A stretch of DNA of 64,000 nucleotides from NCBI GenBank assembly GCA_000091205.1, contig AP006498.2; one strand, given 5' to 3'. Made by a program: the position numbers and the translations under genes. The notes beneath the pieces are model-generated. The model was not told where the DNA came from, did no database searches, and saw only the letters and a list, made by a program, of their open reading frames with translations. Source of the DNA: Cyanidioschyzon merolae (taxonomy: Eukaryota). Of this stretch, positions 42,989 to 54,184 are shown piece after piece; positions within the stretch are counted from its first letter, which is position 1; the number at the start of each line of letters is the position of its first letter.

Positions 42989-45900
42989 ATGGTAGTGGCG
43001 AACGGACGCTTTCGCTTCGCCATTGATCGCGGTGGAACGTTCACCGACATCTACGCGGAGCAACCCGACGGCACCGTGCGCTTGTTGAAGCTTCTATCGG
43101 AGGACAAGGAACACTACAGCGATGCGCCACAAGAAGGCATCCGCCGTATCATCGCCGAGTTCTACGGCACAAGGCACCACAGCACCGACACCATTGACCC
43201 ACATGTCATCGAATGGATCCGAATGGGTACCACTGTGGCAACCAACGCGCTCCTCGAACGCAGGGGAGAGCGTTGTATCCTCCTCGTTACAGCGGGTTTA
43301 CGCGACCTCCTCCAGATCGGCTACCAATCACGACCGGATATCTTTGACCTACGTGCTGCGAGACCCGCTGTTTTGTACGAGGATGTTGCAGAAATACCGG
43401 AACGTGTCCGACTGGTATCCGCCGCAGCCTACGAGTCGCTGGAAGCAGTGGAACGCCAGCACCTCATCGCTACCCGAACCGGTCAATGGGTGCAGGTATT
43501 ACGCCCACCAGCCTTGGACGTGGCGGAAAGCGCCCTCAAAGAGGCACTCCAGAAAGGCATCCGCTCGGTGGCGGTTGTCTTCATGCACGCGTACGCATAC
43601 GATACCCATGAGCAACAGGTAGGTCACCTGGCCCTCTCACTCGGTTTCCAACACGTCACGCTGTCGTCTTCGTTGACCAACATGCAGCGGGTTGTACCGC
43701 GCGGACTCACGTGTCTCGTGGACGCCTACCTGACACCATGTCTACGCAAGTACCTGGAATCGTTCCGCGACGGATTCAAAGGCCGTTTGCAAGACACCCT
43801 GGTAGAGTTGATGCAGTCCGATGGCGGCCTCTGTCCACTGGAGTCGTTTACCGGTTACAAGGCGATCCTGAGCGGCCCCGCTGGCGGTGTTGTCGGCTAC
43901 GCGAAAACCATCTATCCGTTGACGGCGCTGTCGAGTCCAGATGGAAAACCTCAACCAGTCATCGGCTTTGATATGGGCGGCACCAGCACCGACGTTTCAC
44001 GCTATGCCGGACAGCTGGAGCACGTTCTCGAGTGCGAAACAGCGGGCGTGATGATCCAGGCACCTCAGCTGGACATCCAGACGGTGGCGGCTGGCGGAGG
44101 TAGTCGCCTCTTCTATCGTTCCGGACTGTTGCAGGTGGGTCCCGAGAGCGCCGCTGCCGATCCCGGCCCCGTGTGTTATCGAAAACCCGGCGGACAACTA
44201 GCTGTTACCGATGCCAACGTGGTGCTGGGGCGTCTACAGCCGCGCTTTTTCCCATCGATCTTCGGGCCTGACCAGAACGAATCCCTCGATGTAGAGGCCG
44301 CCCGCGCAGCTTTTGCCTCCCTTCGAGAACAGCTGACCAGAGACGACCCCGAGCGGAACCTGCTGAGCATTGAAGAGCTAGCCTTGGGCTTTATCCGGGT
44401 CGCGAATGAGGCCATGTGTCGACCCATACGTTCGATGACCGAGTCTCGAGGCTACGATCCCGCCCAGCATGTTCTTGCGTGTTTTGGTGGTGCCGGTGGT
44501 CAGCACGCCTGTGCAATCGCTCGGAACCTCGGAATGTCTACCGTGTACGTGCACCGCTACGCTGGTGTGCTTTCGGCGTATGGTATCGGCTTGAGTGAGT
44601 CCGTGGAGGATCTGCAAGAGCCGTGTGCGCTAGAACTCGCACGTGACCTGGAACGAGCGCAGCAACTGCTCCAGGAGTTGGAGCTACGTTGCCGGAAAGC
44701 GCTTGAAAGACGCGGTATTGCAAGTGATCGTATCCAGTGTGAGCGATTCCTCCATCTCCGGTACCAAGGTACGGATCTGGCGATGTTGATTTCGGAACCG
44801 GGTGCTGCGGCTACCTGCGAGGATTATGCAAGCGCTTTCGAACAGGCCTATGAACGTGAACATGGGTTTTTGCTGCGAGGTCGATCGATTCTTATTGATA
44901 ATGTACGTGTACGCGTAGCTGGACAGTCTACAGTGTCGCCTGTGCAGACGTATTCCACTGATGCGACTGGTGCTGGGCATTCGGATTCGGGCGAGGATGC
45001 CGCGACACGGGCCCCGGGGCCGCAACAGCAGCAGCAACAGCAGCTCGAAACGCTCTCGTCTACTGGTGCGCTATTGTCAGTGCCAGAGCCGCTGGATATG
45101 GTTGCGGTCTACTTTGCCACTGGCTGGCATACCAGGACGCCGGTCTATGCTCTGGAGAAGCTTGCTCCATACCAGACGTTTTCTGGTCCAGCGCTGCTTG
45201 TCGATCCCGCCGGTGGTATTACGATTTTGGTGGAGCCTGCCTGCCAAGCTGCTGTGCTCGCGGATCGGACCATACGGATTGACTTGTCGTCGGTTGCTGG
45301 TGCGGCAACACACTCGAGTAGTAGCAGTAGTAGCACTGATAGTCTTTCTGTTGCTCAAAGCGTCATTCAAGTGCCGGACGCTGTCAAACGATCCATATTT
45401 GCACATCGCTTTATGAGCATTGCAGAGCAAATGGGTCGCACACTGCAACGCACTGCGGTCTCAACGAATATCAAAGAGAGACTCGACTTTAGCTGCGCAC
45501 TCTTCGACGCCAAGGGAGGTCTGGTGGCCAACGCGCCCCATATTCCCGTCCATCTGGGCTCGATGCAAGACGCTGTTCGCCAGCAGGTGACGCTCCTGGG
45601 TGCAGACTGGCTTCCCGGTGAAGTGGTGATGACCAATCATCCAGCAATGGGCGGCACCCATCTGCCGGATATCACGGTTATCACCCCGGTGTTCCACGAC
45701 GGACGACCAGTGTTCTTTGTGGCGAGTCGCGGTCATCACGCAGACGTCGGCGGACTGACCCCAGGCTCAATGCCGCCTTTCTCACGGACGCTTGCTGAAG
45801 AGGGCGCAGCCATCGCCAGTCTCAAACTCGTCCAAGGAGGCGTATTCCAGGAAGGACGTGTTCGAGAGCTTCTCCAGCACGCCGGATGTCGGTGTCTGCA

Positions 45901-47308
45901 CGATGTGCTATCGGATCTGCGAGCCCAGATCGCTGCAAATCAACGGGGTATCCAACTCATGAACCAACTGATCCAGGAACAGGGTCTTGGTGTTGTCGAG
46001 CACTTTATGCATGAGATTCAGCGCACCGCTGCTGGATTCGTACGCGATGTCTTGCGACAAGTGGGGAAGCGCCATGGGAAACGCACCCCAACGGGTCGCT
46101 GGCTGCTCGAGGCTGCCGACGTGATGGATGACGGCTCCCGGATTCAGTTGCGGGTGGAGATTGACGACAACGACAACGACAACGACAACAACAATGACAA
46201 TGACAATAATGTCGACGACGGCTGCAGTGCTGTCTTTGACTTTACAGGAACGGATGCACAGGTGGTTGCCAACTGGAATGCCCCGCCCTCGGTAGCAGCG
46301 TCCGCGATCATTTACTGTCTACGGTGCCTCATTGGACGTGATGTACCACTCAACCAGGGCTTTCTGGATCCGATTACCATTCGAATCCCGGCAGGGTGTC
46401 TGTTGGATCCTCATCCCGAAGCCGCGGTTGTCGGTGGTAACGTCCTCACCTCGCAACGCGTAACCGATGTGGTACTGCGGGCGTTTGGCGCTTGTGCTGC
46501 GAGCCAGGGCTGTATGAACAACCTCACGTTTGGTACAGAGCACTGGAGCTATTACGAAACAATTGGTGGTGGCAGTGGAGCTGGACCCGGTTGGCACGGT
46601 GAGCACGGTATTCAGGTGCATATGACGAACACGCGTATGACGGATCCCGAGCTACTCGAGTGGCGTTATCCCGTTCTTCTGCGGCGGTTTCGTTTGCGAT
46701 CCGGCTCTGGTGGTCGTGGACGTTGGTCCGGTGGCAACGGCATCGAACGAGAGCTCGAGTTTCTCGAGGACGGTATCCAGGTATCGATTCTGTCGGAGCG
46801 ACGCGTGTTTGCTCCGTTTGGTTTAGCTGGTGGTGAAGCTGGCGCCCGCGGACGCAACTGGCTCATTCGCGCACCGGACACCAGCCGTGCTGCGCGAGCA
46901 GAAACGAAGGAAACTGATCCCCAACAGACGCTAGGTGCAAGCGCTCCGAGCAGCAGCAGCAGCAGCAGTAGTAGTAGCAGTAGCGATATTGTCGGTGGTG
47001 CTGCGTTCCACGCAGGCACGGTGCAGGCGGCTGCAGGCGGCCTTGTGGACACTGCTGGGCGCGCTGGACAACCCAAGTCGCACAAAAGCGAGACGCGCTC
47101 ATCAATAGACTCCTGGACCCGTACAGAAGCGCCACTCGAGCGTGCCTGGCTGGATGATCAAGCCGGTGTTGGCTCGCACAGGCACTGGCTGGTGAACCTC
47201 GGTAACAAGCAGTCGATCCGAGTTGTTGCCGGTGATCGGATTCGCATCTGCACGCCTGGGGGTGGTGGTTATGGTACACCTGGCGCTGTTGTTGAGCGAA
47301 ACACTTGA
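42989..47308 (+). CDS. OPLAH: 5-oxoprolinase (ATP-hydrolysing), fused hydantoinase A + hydantoinase B
   Basis: The canonical N-terminus is [24 protein letters not shown]. Hydantoinase A blocks include GMGGTSTD. The C-terminal hydantoinase B half has ...HIPVHLGSM..., ...[14 protein letters not shown]... and GGGGYG near the end. It is a single 1439-aa ORF. It carries in-frame low-complexity inserts: (CAA/CAG)n 45023..45044, (AGT/AGC)n 45317..45335, (GAC/AAC)n 46162..46222 and (AGC/AGT)n 46947..46985. Confidence 0.92.
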   Translation: MVVANGRFRFAIDRGGTFTDIYAEQPDGTVRLLKLLSEDKEHYSDAPQEGIRRIIAEFYGTRHHSTDTIDPHVIEWIRMGTTVATNALLERRGERCILLVTAGLRDLLQIGYQSRPDIFDLRAARPAVLYEDVAEIPERVRLVSAAAYESLEAVERQHLIATRTGQWVQVLRPPALDVAESALKEALQKGIRSVAVVFMHAYAYDTHEQQVGHLALSLGFQHVTLSSSLTNMQRVVPRGLTCLVDAYLTPCLRKYLESFRDGFKGRLQDTLVELMQSDGGLCPLESFTGYKAILSGPAGGVVGYAKTIYPLTALSSPDGKPQPVIGFDMGGTSTDVSRYAGQLEHVLECETAGVMIQAPQLDIQTVAAGGGSRLFYRSGLLQVGPESAAADPGPVCYRKPGGQLAVTDANVVLGRLQPRFFPSIFGPDQNESLDVEAARAAFASLREQLTRDDPERNLLSIEELALGFIRVANEAMCRPIRSMTESRGYDPAQHVLACFGGAGGQHACAIARNLGMSTVYVHRYAGVLSAYGIGLSESVEDLQEPCALELARDLERAQQLLQELELRCRKALERRGIASDRIQCERFLHLRYQGTDLAMLISEPGAAATCEDYASAFEQAYEREHGFLLRGRSILIDNVRVRVAGQSTVSPVQTYSTDATGAGHSDSGEDAATRAPGPQQQQQQQLETLSSTGALLSVPEPLDMVAVYFATGWHTRTPVYALEKLAPYQTFSGPALLVDPAGGITILVEPACQAAVLADRTIRIDLSSVAGAATHSSSSSSSTDSLSVAQSVIQVPDAVKRSIFAHRFMSIAEQMGRTLQRTAVSTNIKERLDFSCALFDAKGGLVANAPHIPVHLGSMQDAVRQQVTLLGADWLPGEVVMTNHPAMGGTHLPDITVITPVFHDGRPVFFVASRGHHADVGGLTPGSMPPFSRTLAEEGAAIASLKLVQGGVFQEGRVRELLQHAGCRCLHDVLSDLRAQIAANQRGIQLMNQLIQEQGLGVVEHFMHEIQRTAAGFVRDVLRQVGKRHGKRTPTGRWLLEAADVMDDGSRIQLRVEIDDNDNDNDNNNDNDNNVDDGCSAVFDFTGTDAQVVANWNAPPSVAASAIIYCLRCLIGRDVPLNQGFLDPITIRIPAGCLLDPHPEAAVVGGNVLTSQRVTDVVLRAFGACAASQGCMNNLTFGTEHWSYYETIGGGSGAGPGWHGEHGIQVHMTNTRMTDPELLEWRYPVLLRRFRLRSGSGGRGRWSGGNGIERELEFLEDGIQVSILSERRVFAPFGLAGGEAGARGRNWLIRAPDTSRAARAETKETDPQQTLGASAPSSSSSSSSSSSSDIVGGAAFHAGTVQAAAGGLVDTAGRAGQPKSHKSETRSSIDSWTRTEAPLERAWLDDQAGVGSHRHWLVNLGNKQSIRVVAGDRIRICTPGGGGYGTPGAVVERNT
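46162..46222 (+). repeat. Coding (GAC/AAC/AAT)n tract giving the [16 protein letters not shown] insert in OPLAH
   Basis: Direct read: gacgacaacgacaacgacaacgacaacaacaatgacaatgacaataat. Confidence 0.85.
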
Positions 47309-47590
47309 GCATCGTGCGTACAAGCGACTGAACCGAAGCACTCATCTCGGGCAGCACTGGACAAGCGCTTGCGGCTCTGCGATACCCGCTACACCTCTAG
47401 AGGACGTGTGTCTCCCTGGCAATGCCCCCGATCGTCATGCGTTCTCTGCTTCCTTTTCGATTTCAGTACTTTCCAGGATTTTGAACCTGAATAGACATAA
47501 TGTATGCATTGACGCATGCCTATGCACGGTTTTGCATTCATCCGGATACGCAAAACACGCCGAACGAATGCTAATGCTTGTTCCAGCTCT

Positions 47591-50500
47591 TTATCCTAGA
47601 CCACGATATTTTTCCTGTCGGATATAGTCGCGTTCCCATTGATGTAGATAAGGGAGTACGGGTGATGGTGTAAGCGCGTAAACGTGCCAACGTGCTCGTT
47701 CTTCTACCATAGACCACAGCTCGAGTAATATCGCGTGTAGATTCCGTAGAGCAGTATCGATCCAGGGGCGGTGATCGGTAGCCCGCTCCCTGACGCCTAC
47801 TGAAAACCGCGAAGACTGTTGGTGCTGCTGCTGCTGTTGCTGTTGTTGGCGCAAGTTGATCCACGCTCGCACCAGGAGCGGAACCAAAAACGGAGCCACG
47901 CGTCGGACGAGCCGCGGGTGCTGCTGCACCATCGCATACCAAAGCGTCGCAATACTCGCTTCTCCGGGGTACTGCTCGGTGACCCGCAACGCGAGCGCCA
48001 GAACCGGATGAAAAAGAGCTCCCGCTGGATCCGCTGAGCGATCGACCAAAGCGATCAGGAGCCGCACCAGGGTCTCCACAAGCCGGCAACGGCGTTGCGT
48101 TCCGGTCTGCGTCAACGCTCGAGCACTCGCTATCAGTAGCGCTTTCACCACGCGAAGCAATGCCTGGTGTTGACGACGCCAGTGCGTCCCGAGGCCGTGA
48201 AAGCGCGCACCACGAGCAAGGTGCTCAGGCCTGGGACGTGCAGCTGCTGCTGTGACTGCGGTTCCATATCGCTCTGGACGCTGAAGCGGGCGCCATAATC
48301 GCTCCACCAGACGTAACAGGTACCACAAAGCCGGTGTATCGTATTGAATCGATCCGTCTGGTTGGAGTTCCGGAAGCCTGTACTCCAAGAGTCTCTCGAG
48401 GACTGCCTCCAGCGTTGCGGCGTCCATGCTGGTAAGCCAAATACCCAGTCGCATCTCGATATAGCCGGCAGCGGAGCGTTGGGTGCTGCCGGCTGAGGCC
48501 GCACTCGCCTCCCCGGCGACATCTAGCACCGAGGCAGGTATTCCAGGTGCTGACGGTGCCTCGGCGCTCGACGCCAGTACCAACATACTCAGCAGCAGTG
48601 CCGTACGACCGGGTCCCAGGGAACGTTGAGTCGTTGCTGGTTGCGATTCTGGTGCGCTCAACGCCCTCCATGTGTCCTCGAAACAGTCCCAGATGAAGCG
48701 CAACGCGCGTCGGGGTAACCGTCTCGCCAGCTGCTCTAGCCAGTGCTGGATCCACAACAGACCAGCAAAGGGCTGCGAATCCAACCAGACCGGTGAACAT
48801 GTCGCCAACACAGTGACCAGTGCATTCGCCAGCGATTGTGATGGCATTTCAGTGGGTATCTCCCAGCGCTCAGTAAGCAAACGCCGCCACAGCGCCCAGC
48901 AGCGAGGACGCAACGCGCGGGGAATCTCATCCAGAGGCGTCAGTGGCTGCAACGACGACAGCAGCGGCAGCAGCAACTGGTGCTGCTGCTGCTGCTGCTG
49001 CTGCTGAGGCTCCAGCTCGTGGCCAGCTGCAAAGTTCGTCGTATTCAGCAGCGTGTCGCAACAATGCAGGTAAATCAAGCGCCATGCATCTGGTGGATGC
49101 GTCCAGAGACTGCGCAGGAAGGCGCTGCACAGTTCCTGGTAGAGACCCATGTGCTGATGCGTCCAGTACGGTACCTGTGCGTCTTCGCCAGCCAATTGCT
49201 GTTTCCAGAGAGTGCTCAGATGCTCGGCGAGCGCTGCACTACCTGTCCATCGCAAGGCAAAACGCGGACCGTATGCGAGACCCATACGACATAGCGCGAG
49301 CAACAAACGCGGTGTTCGCGTCCAGGTGTCCGGGGTCCAGGCGCAGCGCTCAAGCAATGCCAGTACCCGGGATGCAGGTAGCAGACGCAACAACGTATCT
49401 AGAAAAGGCTCCAGAAGAAACCGTTGCCGTAACCAGAGTGTTTGGGGCGCTGAGCCGTCGGTCTTGCTGGGCGACGCTTCCGCCGGCCAAACGCACTGCA
49501 GGCACTGAAACAGGGCCGCTTCCGCAGCAGTACGAAGCGCTTCCGTAGTCGTCGGCGACGTGGCCGCCGACGGTATCGTCACCGCCACCGTTGAGGCATT
49601 CGCTTCCATCCATAAATCCGATAAATGCACGATACTCCAGGTGGAAAGCGGATGCAGGTCCGCACTGCAGGGCGCCTGCGCGAACGCGCACAACAGGCGG
49701 CAGAGCAGTAGCTCGACCAAAGCGGCTACCTTGGGGGTATCGCGGGGCAACTGCGGTATTGCTGTCACCAGTCGAAGACAAGGAATGGATCGTAGCGTAT
49801 CGGCGTGCTGGCGGGCGAGGAACGCCAATACACAGCCAGCAGTCGTGGTGTAGTCGCTGTCATCATGCCTGATGCGGAGGTGCGGCGTATCGAGCCCGGT
49901 ATCCGGCGTTTCCAGCACCTGTTCCTCGCTTGGACGAATCCGGAGCTCCCAGATATCCACATCTTCACAGATCCATTCGTTGATTCGGGGTTCATCAAGT
50001 GCCATCTCCAGCACTGCATCGAGCAGAGCGCGTTCCTCGCTGATGCGCACCAGCTGGAGTGCAGCGTGTGCCCACAACATGGTGCGCTCCTGTCGTATCG
50101 GCAAGCGACAGTCGCGCTGTGGCAGCCAAAGCGCACCTAATGACGTCTCCCTGTGATGACTCCGCATTGCGGGTATCTGCAGCTGTCGCAGCCACAGCTC
50201 AAGGACGCTCCGTGTGGCGGTATCCGGCTGCCAGCTGCGCAGCTCCGTTAACAGCTGCATCGAGTCAGTGGAGAGCCCAGGCTGCATCGTTTGTTGCAGC
50301 TGCAACAACGCAAGGCTTACCCGCGCAAGCTCCGGCAGCAGTTGCGGAGCGCTTTCGCGACTCCAGCGCCAGCATGCACGGCAGGCATCGGTGATGAGCG
50401 GATCGCGGATGTCGCCAAGTGTGCTTTCGAGCGCTTCAGCTGCGGCACTGAACTGCGACGCGATCGACTCGATGCTTGTCACGAGCAACGGGAGCAGCGA

Positions 50501-52408
50501 CCACTTGGCTAAAGACGCTCGCTCTGTTCGATTTGTATCGCACCCAGCGGCTTCTGGTGACGAGGATGCAGCAGGCGCTCGAACCGATTGCTCAAGCGCG
50601 GGCTGAAGCATCTGCAATAGCTGCATAAACAGGGACCAGCGTTGCGCTACGGACCAATGCTTGGCGAGGTCCTGCTCCATCCGGAGCTGCAAGCGCGGGC
50701 TCCACCGCACTGCTTGACCTGTTTCAATGCAATGTTTGATGAGCAGCTGGAACAGACGACTGCCGTCTCGATGTCCACCGAGGTCTGTCACGAACGCGAC
50801 GCGAAAGGCGTCCACTGCCGGATCCGTTGCCGCCCTGTCAAAGAAGCAAAACGAAACGACCTGCGGATCTAGCAAGGGCTCAGTCGTGAGACGCGTCAGC
50901 AGCCGAGGCAGCAGTCGACGCTGTGCCGCCAACGGCACCATGCTCCGGAGCAGCGACGATACCGACGCATCATCGCTATCCAGTCGAGTGAAGAGGCGGA
51001 ACTGCCACGCGTCTGTGAGCACGCTGCTCCAGAGGCATCGCCATAGTTCATCAGGAAGCGACGGTAACGATGCCAAATGATGTAGGAATGTTGTCAGATA
51101 AGCGACGCCGTTGCGAGGTCGCTGGCTCTCACCAGCAACAGAATCCAGGTTTCGCGGCAGCGTGGACGCTATTCCCTGCGACGCAGCGGCTGCAGCGGAA
51201 CGAGAGCGCTTCCGTGCCGCTCCCGGGACCCGCTCTCGGGTGACCGGAGCGCTGTCGCTGACCTCCGGCGACGACGCCTGACTCAAGCACTCGGCACCCA
51301 GTCGGAAGCACTGAATCAGGCTGGCTACCGACATCAGCGTCTGGGTTGTGGTCGCGACCCGAGACCCTAGTCGCAGTGACTCATTCGCGCTACTGCCCGG
51401 ATCGAGGATAAGCGCCGGATGCTCGCCCAGCTGCTTGAGCGTATCGATTATCCAGGTTGCGTACGCAGCGCCAATGGTAGCATGTTTCCGACCGCCGCTC
51501 GCTTTCGACAGGTCATCGATGCTGCGATGGAGGAGCAATTTCAGGGGCACACCCCAGGCCGCCTCTCGTAACGATATGAGCGAGAGGCACCCCAAAAGAC
51601 CCGGTACGCTTTGGAACAAGGTCTCCAGCTGCTTCAGCGTCGCGTTCCGGAACTCGGCTCGTGCCTGGAGTCTTTCGAGGATCCGTGTGCGCACCTGTAT
51701 GAGCAGTTGGTCGAGTTGGCGGCAGCGCTCGAGCACTGGCTGCTGTTCCGCAAGCATGCAAACGCGGACCACTGCGCCGACCAGTCGTAGCAGGGCCTCG
51801 GTTGCCGGTTGGAACGCAGGTCGCTCCAGCAAAGCAACCAACACAGCGAGAACGCTTCTTAGTAGTGGCATGTGCACGAGTTCTGGGCGTCGCTTGTGCT
51901 CTGGTGCCGGTGGCGCTGATGCCAGCGCTTTCTGCTCTTGTTCAGCAGTCGCGCGGAATGACTGCTCTTCCATAGCCAGTTCATCGTCGAGCGTACGTAA
52001 CCAATACGAGGGATCTGTGCAGACGGCCGCGCTCCAGTCCACTACACAGCGACTGAGGGCAAAGACCACCACATCGACGAGCGCGCTCGAGAGCGGTAGC
52101 GGTTCGGTCGCTGCCAGACGCGTCAGCAACTGTTCAAGTTGCCTGATAAGCGCTTCCAGTTGCCGTGTAAGCTCCGCGTTTGCCGGGTTCTCTGGGTTCT
52201 CGCCAGCCGCCTCTAACTCCTGCACCGTGCCCAGTAACATGTGCGTCGTGATCTGGAGTGCCTCCCGTTCCGCTGCAGGCACAAACCAGGCGATCCCTTG
52301 ATTCGGTGTACGGTCTGCCAGTGCTGCAATGCATGCCAGCCGGTTCTCGAACGGCGTCGACTTTCGACGAGCCAGTGTGTGTACCTGGACAAAACAAGGC
52401 GGTGGCAT
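47591..52408 (-). CDS. Very large (1605-aa) Leu/Ala-rich, predicted all-alpha helical-repeat protein of unknown function
   Basis: Uninterrupted 4.8-kb ORF convergent with OPLAH. The composition is helical-repeat-like, in the manner of HEAT/ARM scaffold proteins. It contains poly-Q tracts from (CTG)n at 48981..49008 and (GCT/GTT)n at 47823..47850. No catalytic motif is recognised. The plus-strand ORFs inside it (for example 51348..52301) are antisense noise. Confidence 0.55.
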   Translation of the reverse strand: MPPPCFVQVHTLARRKSTPFENRLACIAALADRTPNQGIAWFVPAAEREALQITTHMLLGTVQELEAAGENPENPANAELTRQLEALIRQLEQLLTRLAATEPLPLSSALVDVVVFALSRCVVDWSAAVCTDPSYWLRTLDDELAMEEQSFRATAEQEQKALASAPPAPEHKRRPELVHMPLLRSVLAVLVALLERPAFQPATEALLRLVGAVVRVCMLAEQQPVLERCRQLDQLLIQVRTRILERLQARAEFRNATLKQLETLFQSVPGLLGCLSLISLREAAWGVPLKLLLHRSIDDLSKASGGRKHATIGAAYATWIIDTLKQLGEHPALILDPGSSANESLRLGSRVATTTQTLMSVASLIQCFRLGAECLSQASSPEVSDSAPVTRERVPGAARKRSRSAAAAASQGIASTLPRNLDSVAGESQRPRNGVAYLTTFLHHLASLPSLPDELWRCLWSSVLTDAWQFRLFTRLDSDDASVSSLLRSMVPLAAQRRLLPRLLTRLTTEPLLDPQVVSFCFFDRAATDPAVDAFRVAFVTDLGGHRDGSRLFQLLIKHCIETGQAVRWSPRLQLRMEQDLAKHWSVAQRWSLFMQLLQMLQPALEQSVRAPAASSSPEAAGCDTNRTERASLAKWSLLPLLVTSIESIASQFSAAAEALESTLGDIRDPLITDACRACWRWSRESAPQLLPELARVSLALLQLQQTMQPGLSTDSMQLLTELRSWQPDTATRSVLELWLRQLQIPAMRSHHRETSLGALWLPQRDCRLPIRQERTMLWAHAALQLVRISEERALLDAVLEMALDEPRINEWICEDVDIWELRIRPSEEQVLETPDTGLDTPHLRIRHDDSDYTTTAGCVLAFLARQHADTLRSIPCLRLVTAIPQLPRDTPKVAALVELLLCRLLCAFAQAPCSADLHPLSTWSIVHLSDLWMEANASTVAVTIPSAATSPTTTEALRTAAEAALFQCLQCVWPAEASPSKTDGSAPQTLWLRQRFLLEPFLDTLLRLLPASRVLALLERCAWTPDTWTRTPRLLLALCRMGLAYGPRFALRWTGSAALAEHLSTLWKQQLAGEDAQVPYWTHQHMGLYQELCSAFLRSLWTHPPDAWRLIYLHCCDTLLNTTNFAAGHELEPQQQQQQQQHQLLLPLLSSLQPLTPLDEIPRALRPRCWALWRRLLTERWEIPTEMPSQSLANALVTVLATCSPVWLDSQPFAGLLWIQHWLEQLARRLPRRALRFIWDCFEDTWRALSAPESQPATTQRSLGPGRTALLLSMLVLASSAEAPSAPGIPASVLDVAGEASAASAGSTQRSAAGYIEMRLGIWLTSMDAATLEAVLERLLEYRLPELQPDGSIQYDTPALWYLLRLVERLWRPLQRPERYGTAVTAAAARPRPEHLARGARFHGLGTHWRRQHQALLRVVKALLIASARALTQTGTQRRCRLVETLVRLLIALVDRSADPAGALFHPVLALALRVTEQYPGEASIATLWYAMVQQHPRLVRRVAPFLVPLLVRAWINLRQQQQQQQQHQQSSRFSVGVRERATDHRPWIDTALRNLHAILLELWSMVEERARWHVYALTPSPVLPYLHQWERDYIRQEKYRGLG

Positions 52409-52650
52409 GGAGGCTGGCTAGCGGCCGCACGCCTTTTCGGCTGCTGCCAGCAAACGAAACGTCTTTGAGGTTGCTGGAGCAGTACGACCAGATACTCGAC
52501 AATACCCGGAAGTACAGATCGGATCGAAATAAGCGTTCTGACAACGAGTGCCAAACGCGTGCTGTATACGATAAGCACAGGCGGCTGTGGCGGCGGCACG
52601 CCTGCCGATCTGGTGGCATTTTCGCAGGCAGGCATTCGCATCTGTCCACT

Positions 52651-53077
52651 TGGGTGACAGGCGCATGGAAGCCTGCAGTGCTCGTTAGGTTTCTGGATTT
52701 CGATTCTTTCCGAACTTTAGAAATGTACAGTATCAAAAAGCAGGAATGCGAGCTTACGGATCCGCGAGTCATTCAAGAATTTGCGCTCGTCTGCTCCAAG
52801 TGACTCCTGCGACACCCTGCCGCCCGAATGTGTGACGTCACTGGGAATCCAGATGACTCGCGACACCTACCAGCGAGGACTGATTCCTAAAATTAAAGAC
52901 ATGTTGAGCCACGATGGATACGTACGGGTTCCTGCTGCTCGTTCTTACGAAGAAAATGCCAATGGCAAGCGAGCCTCACGCGACAAATCCGTCTGGTGCA
53001 GGCCGTGGGTCAGCGATCGCCGCCAACGTCGGATTCGGGTCTTGAACGCTGCCAGCAACATCCACCAACTGCTGACA
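52651..53077 (+). repeat. Direct repeat copy 1 (427 bp), about 98% identical to 57281..57707; termini 5'-TG...CA-3'
   Basis: Base-by-base comparison shows about 6 mismatches over 427 bp. Identical peptides appear in ORFs 52258..52803/52781..53089 and 57143..57433/57411..57992. It contains the palindromic octamer TGACGTCA at 52833..52840. It lies about 240 bp 5' of the 1605-aa gene start. Confidence 0.9.
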
Positions 53078-54184
53078 GTAGCGCTTTAGGGGAAAGACAA
53101 CTGGAGCAGGCACACATCAACATCCCGCAAAAACAGGTATTGATGATATTGCAATGCGTCCCGAACGTTTCATGTGTACACCGCCGAGCCAGCAAAAAGC
53201 GTACCTGTTCCATGCCGCGCGGACACGGGCGGAGGAAACGACATCGATCTGGGCAGCGTGCATGCAGGGGGCAACATCAGCGACATTACTATAACTTATG
53301 GGATGTTAAGGACAGCGATACAGCACGCATCATGCACGTTCATCCGTGTCACGCGTGCATCCGCCGCTTCATGTCCATGCATGTCGTTTATCGACATGCG
53401 TCCACACTGGTCTATTCGATTCGGAAAACATTGCTGCAACATATCCGTAAGGGAGAAGAGACAGGCAAGTCGTTTCGTTGACGCCATAATCGCCGCAGTC
53501 TTCGTACGCTCTCGCCTTGTGATTCGTGAGGGCGCCCGGCGACGCACCGGCGGGCGTCATTACGAGTACCAAAGGAAACAGGTCACGACTCGGGCCTCGT
53601 TCGATGACGCGCAATACCCGTCGGTGGAGCGATAAATCTGGAACATACGAGCTGCGTCGTGTGAAAATCGACAACTGGTAATCGTCATTGGTTGCATGGA
53701 GCACTGGAGCGAGCGTCTCCATGGAACCGATCTAACCTCGAGCAGTCGTGTTCTGCGGCTTGCGTACGCAATCGACTGGGCAGTGCGAGCGGCATTAGAA
53801 ACGCGAATCAGCTGGAGCGTAGTCTTGCATGAGCATTCGCTCCGGAGGTGCGCATTCCTGAATCGGAATCGTGGAGCCTGGCGTCGAACACATATGCACC
53901 ATTTGCATGCGTCTTTGACCTTGCGGGAAACAGGTCACCGTACGCTGACAACGCGAAAATATGGTGCTCGTCCTCCAAAAAATTCCCTCGTCTTGGTCGA
54001 GTACCAAAACGCAGTACAGCCTCCTTCCGTCGAGCCCGCTTCCGGGTCAAACTGGTCTGAGCCCATGTATGCGCGGTCGGCGGTGGCGAGTCTCTCGAAC
54101 GGCGCAAGTACGGGTACAGCGCCGGGCGTCGCTGGCTACACAGTGCGCAGCATCTGAGCGTTCATCTCCGATATAACGCCATCA

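Noticed and set aside
52833-52840. TGACGTCA (CRE-like) octamer in both direct-repeat copies as a regulatory site
   Set aside because: It is a perfect palindrome and is conserved in both copies. However, an 8-mer is expected about once per 64 kb by chance, and its conservation just reflects the repeat. It is mentioned in the finding but not annotated as a regulatory feature.
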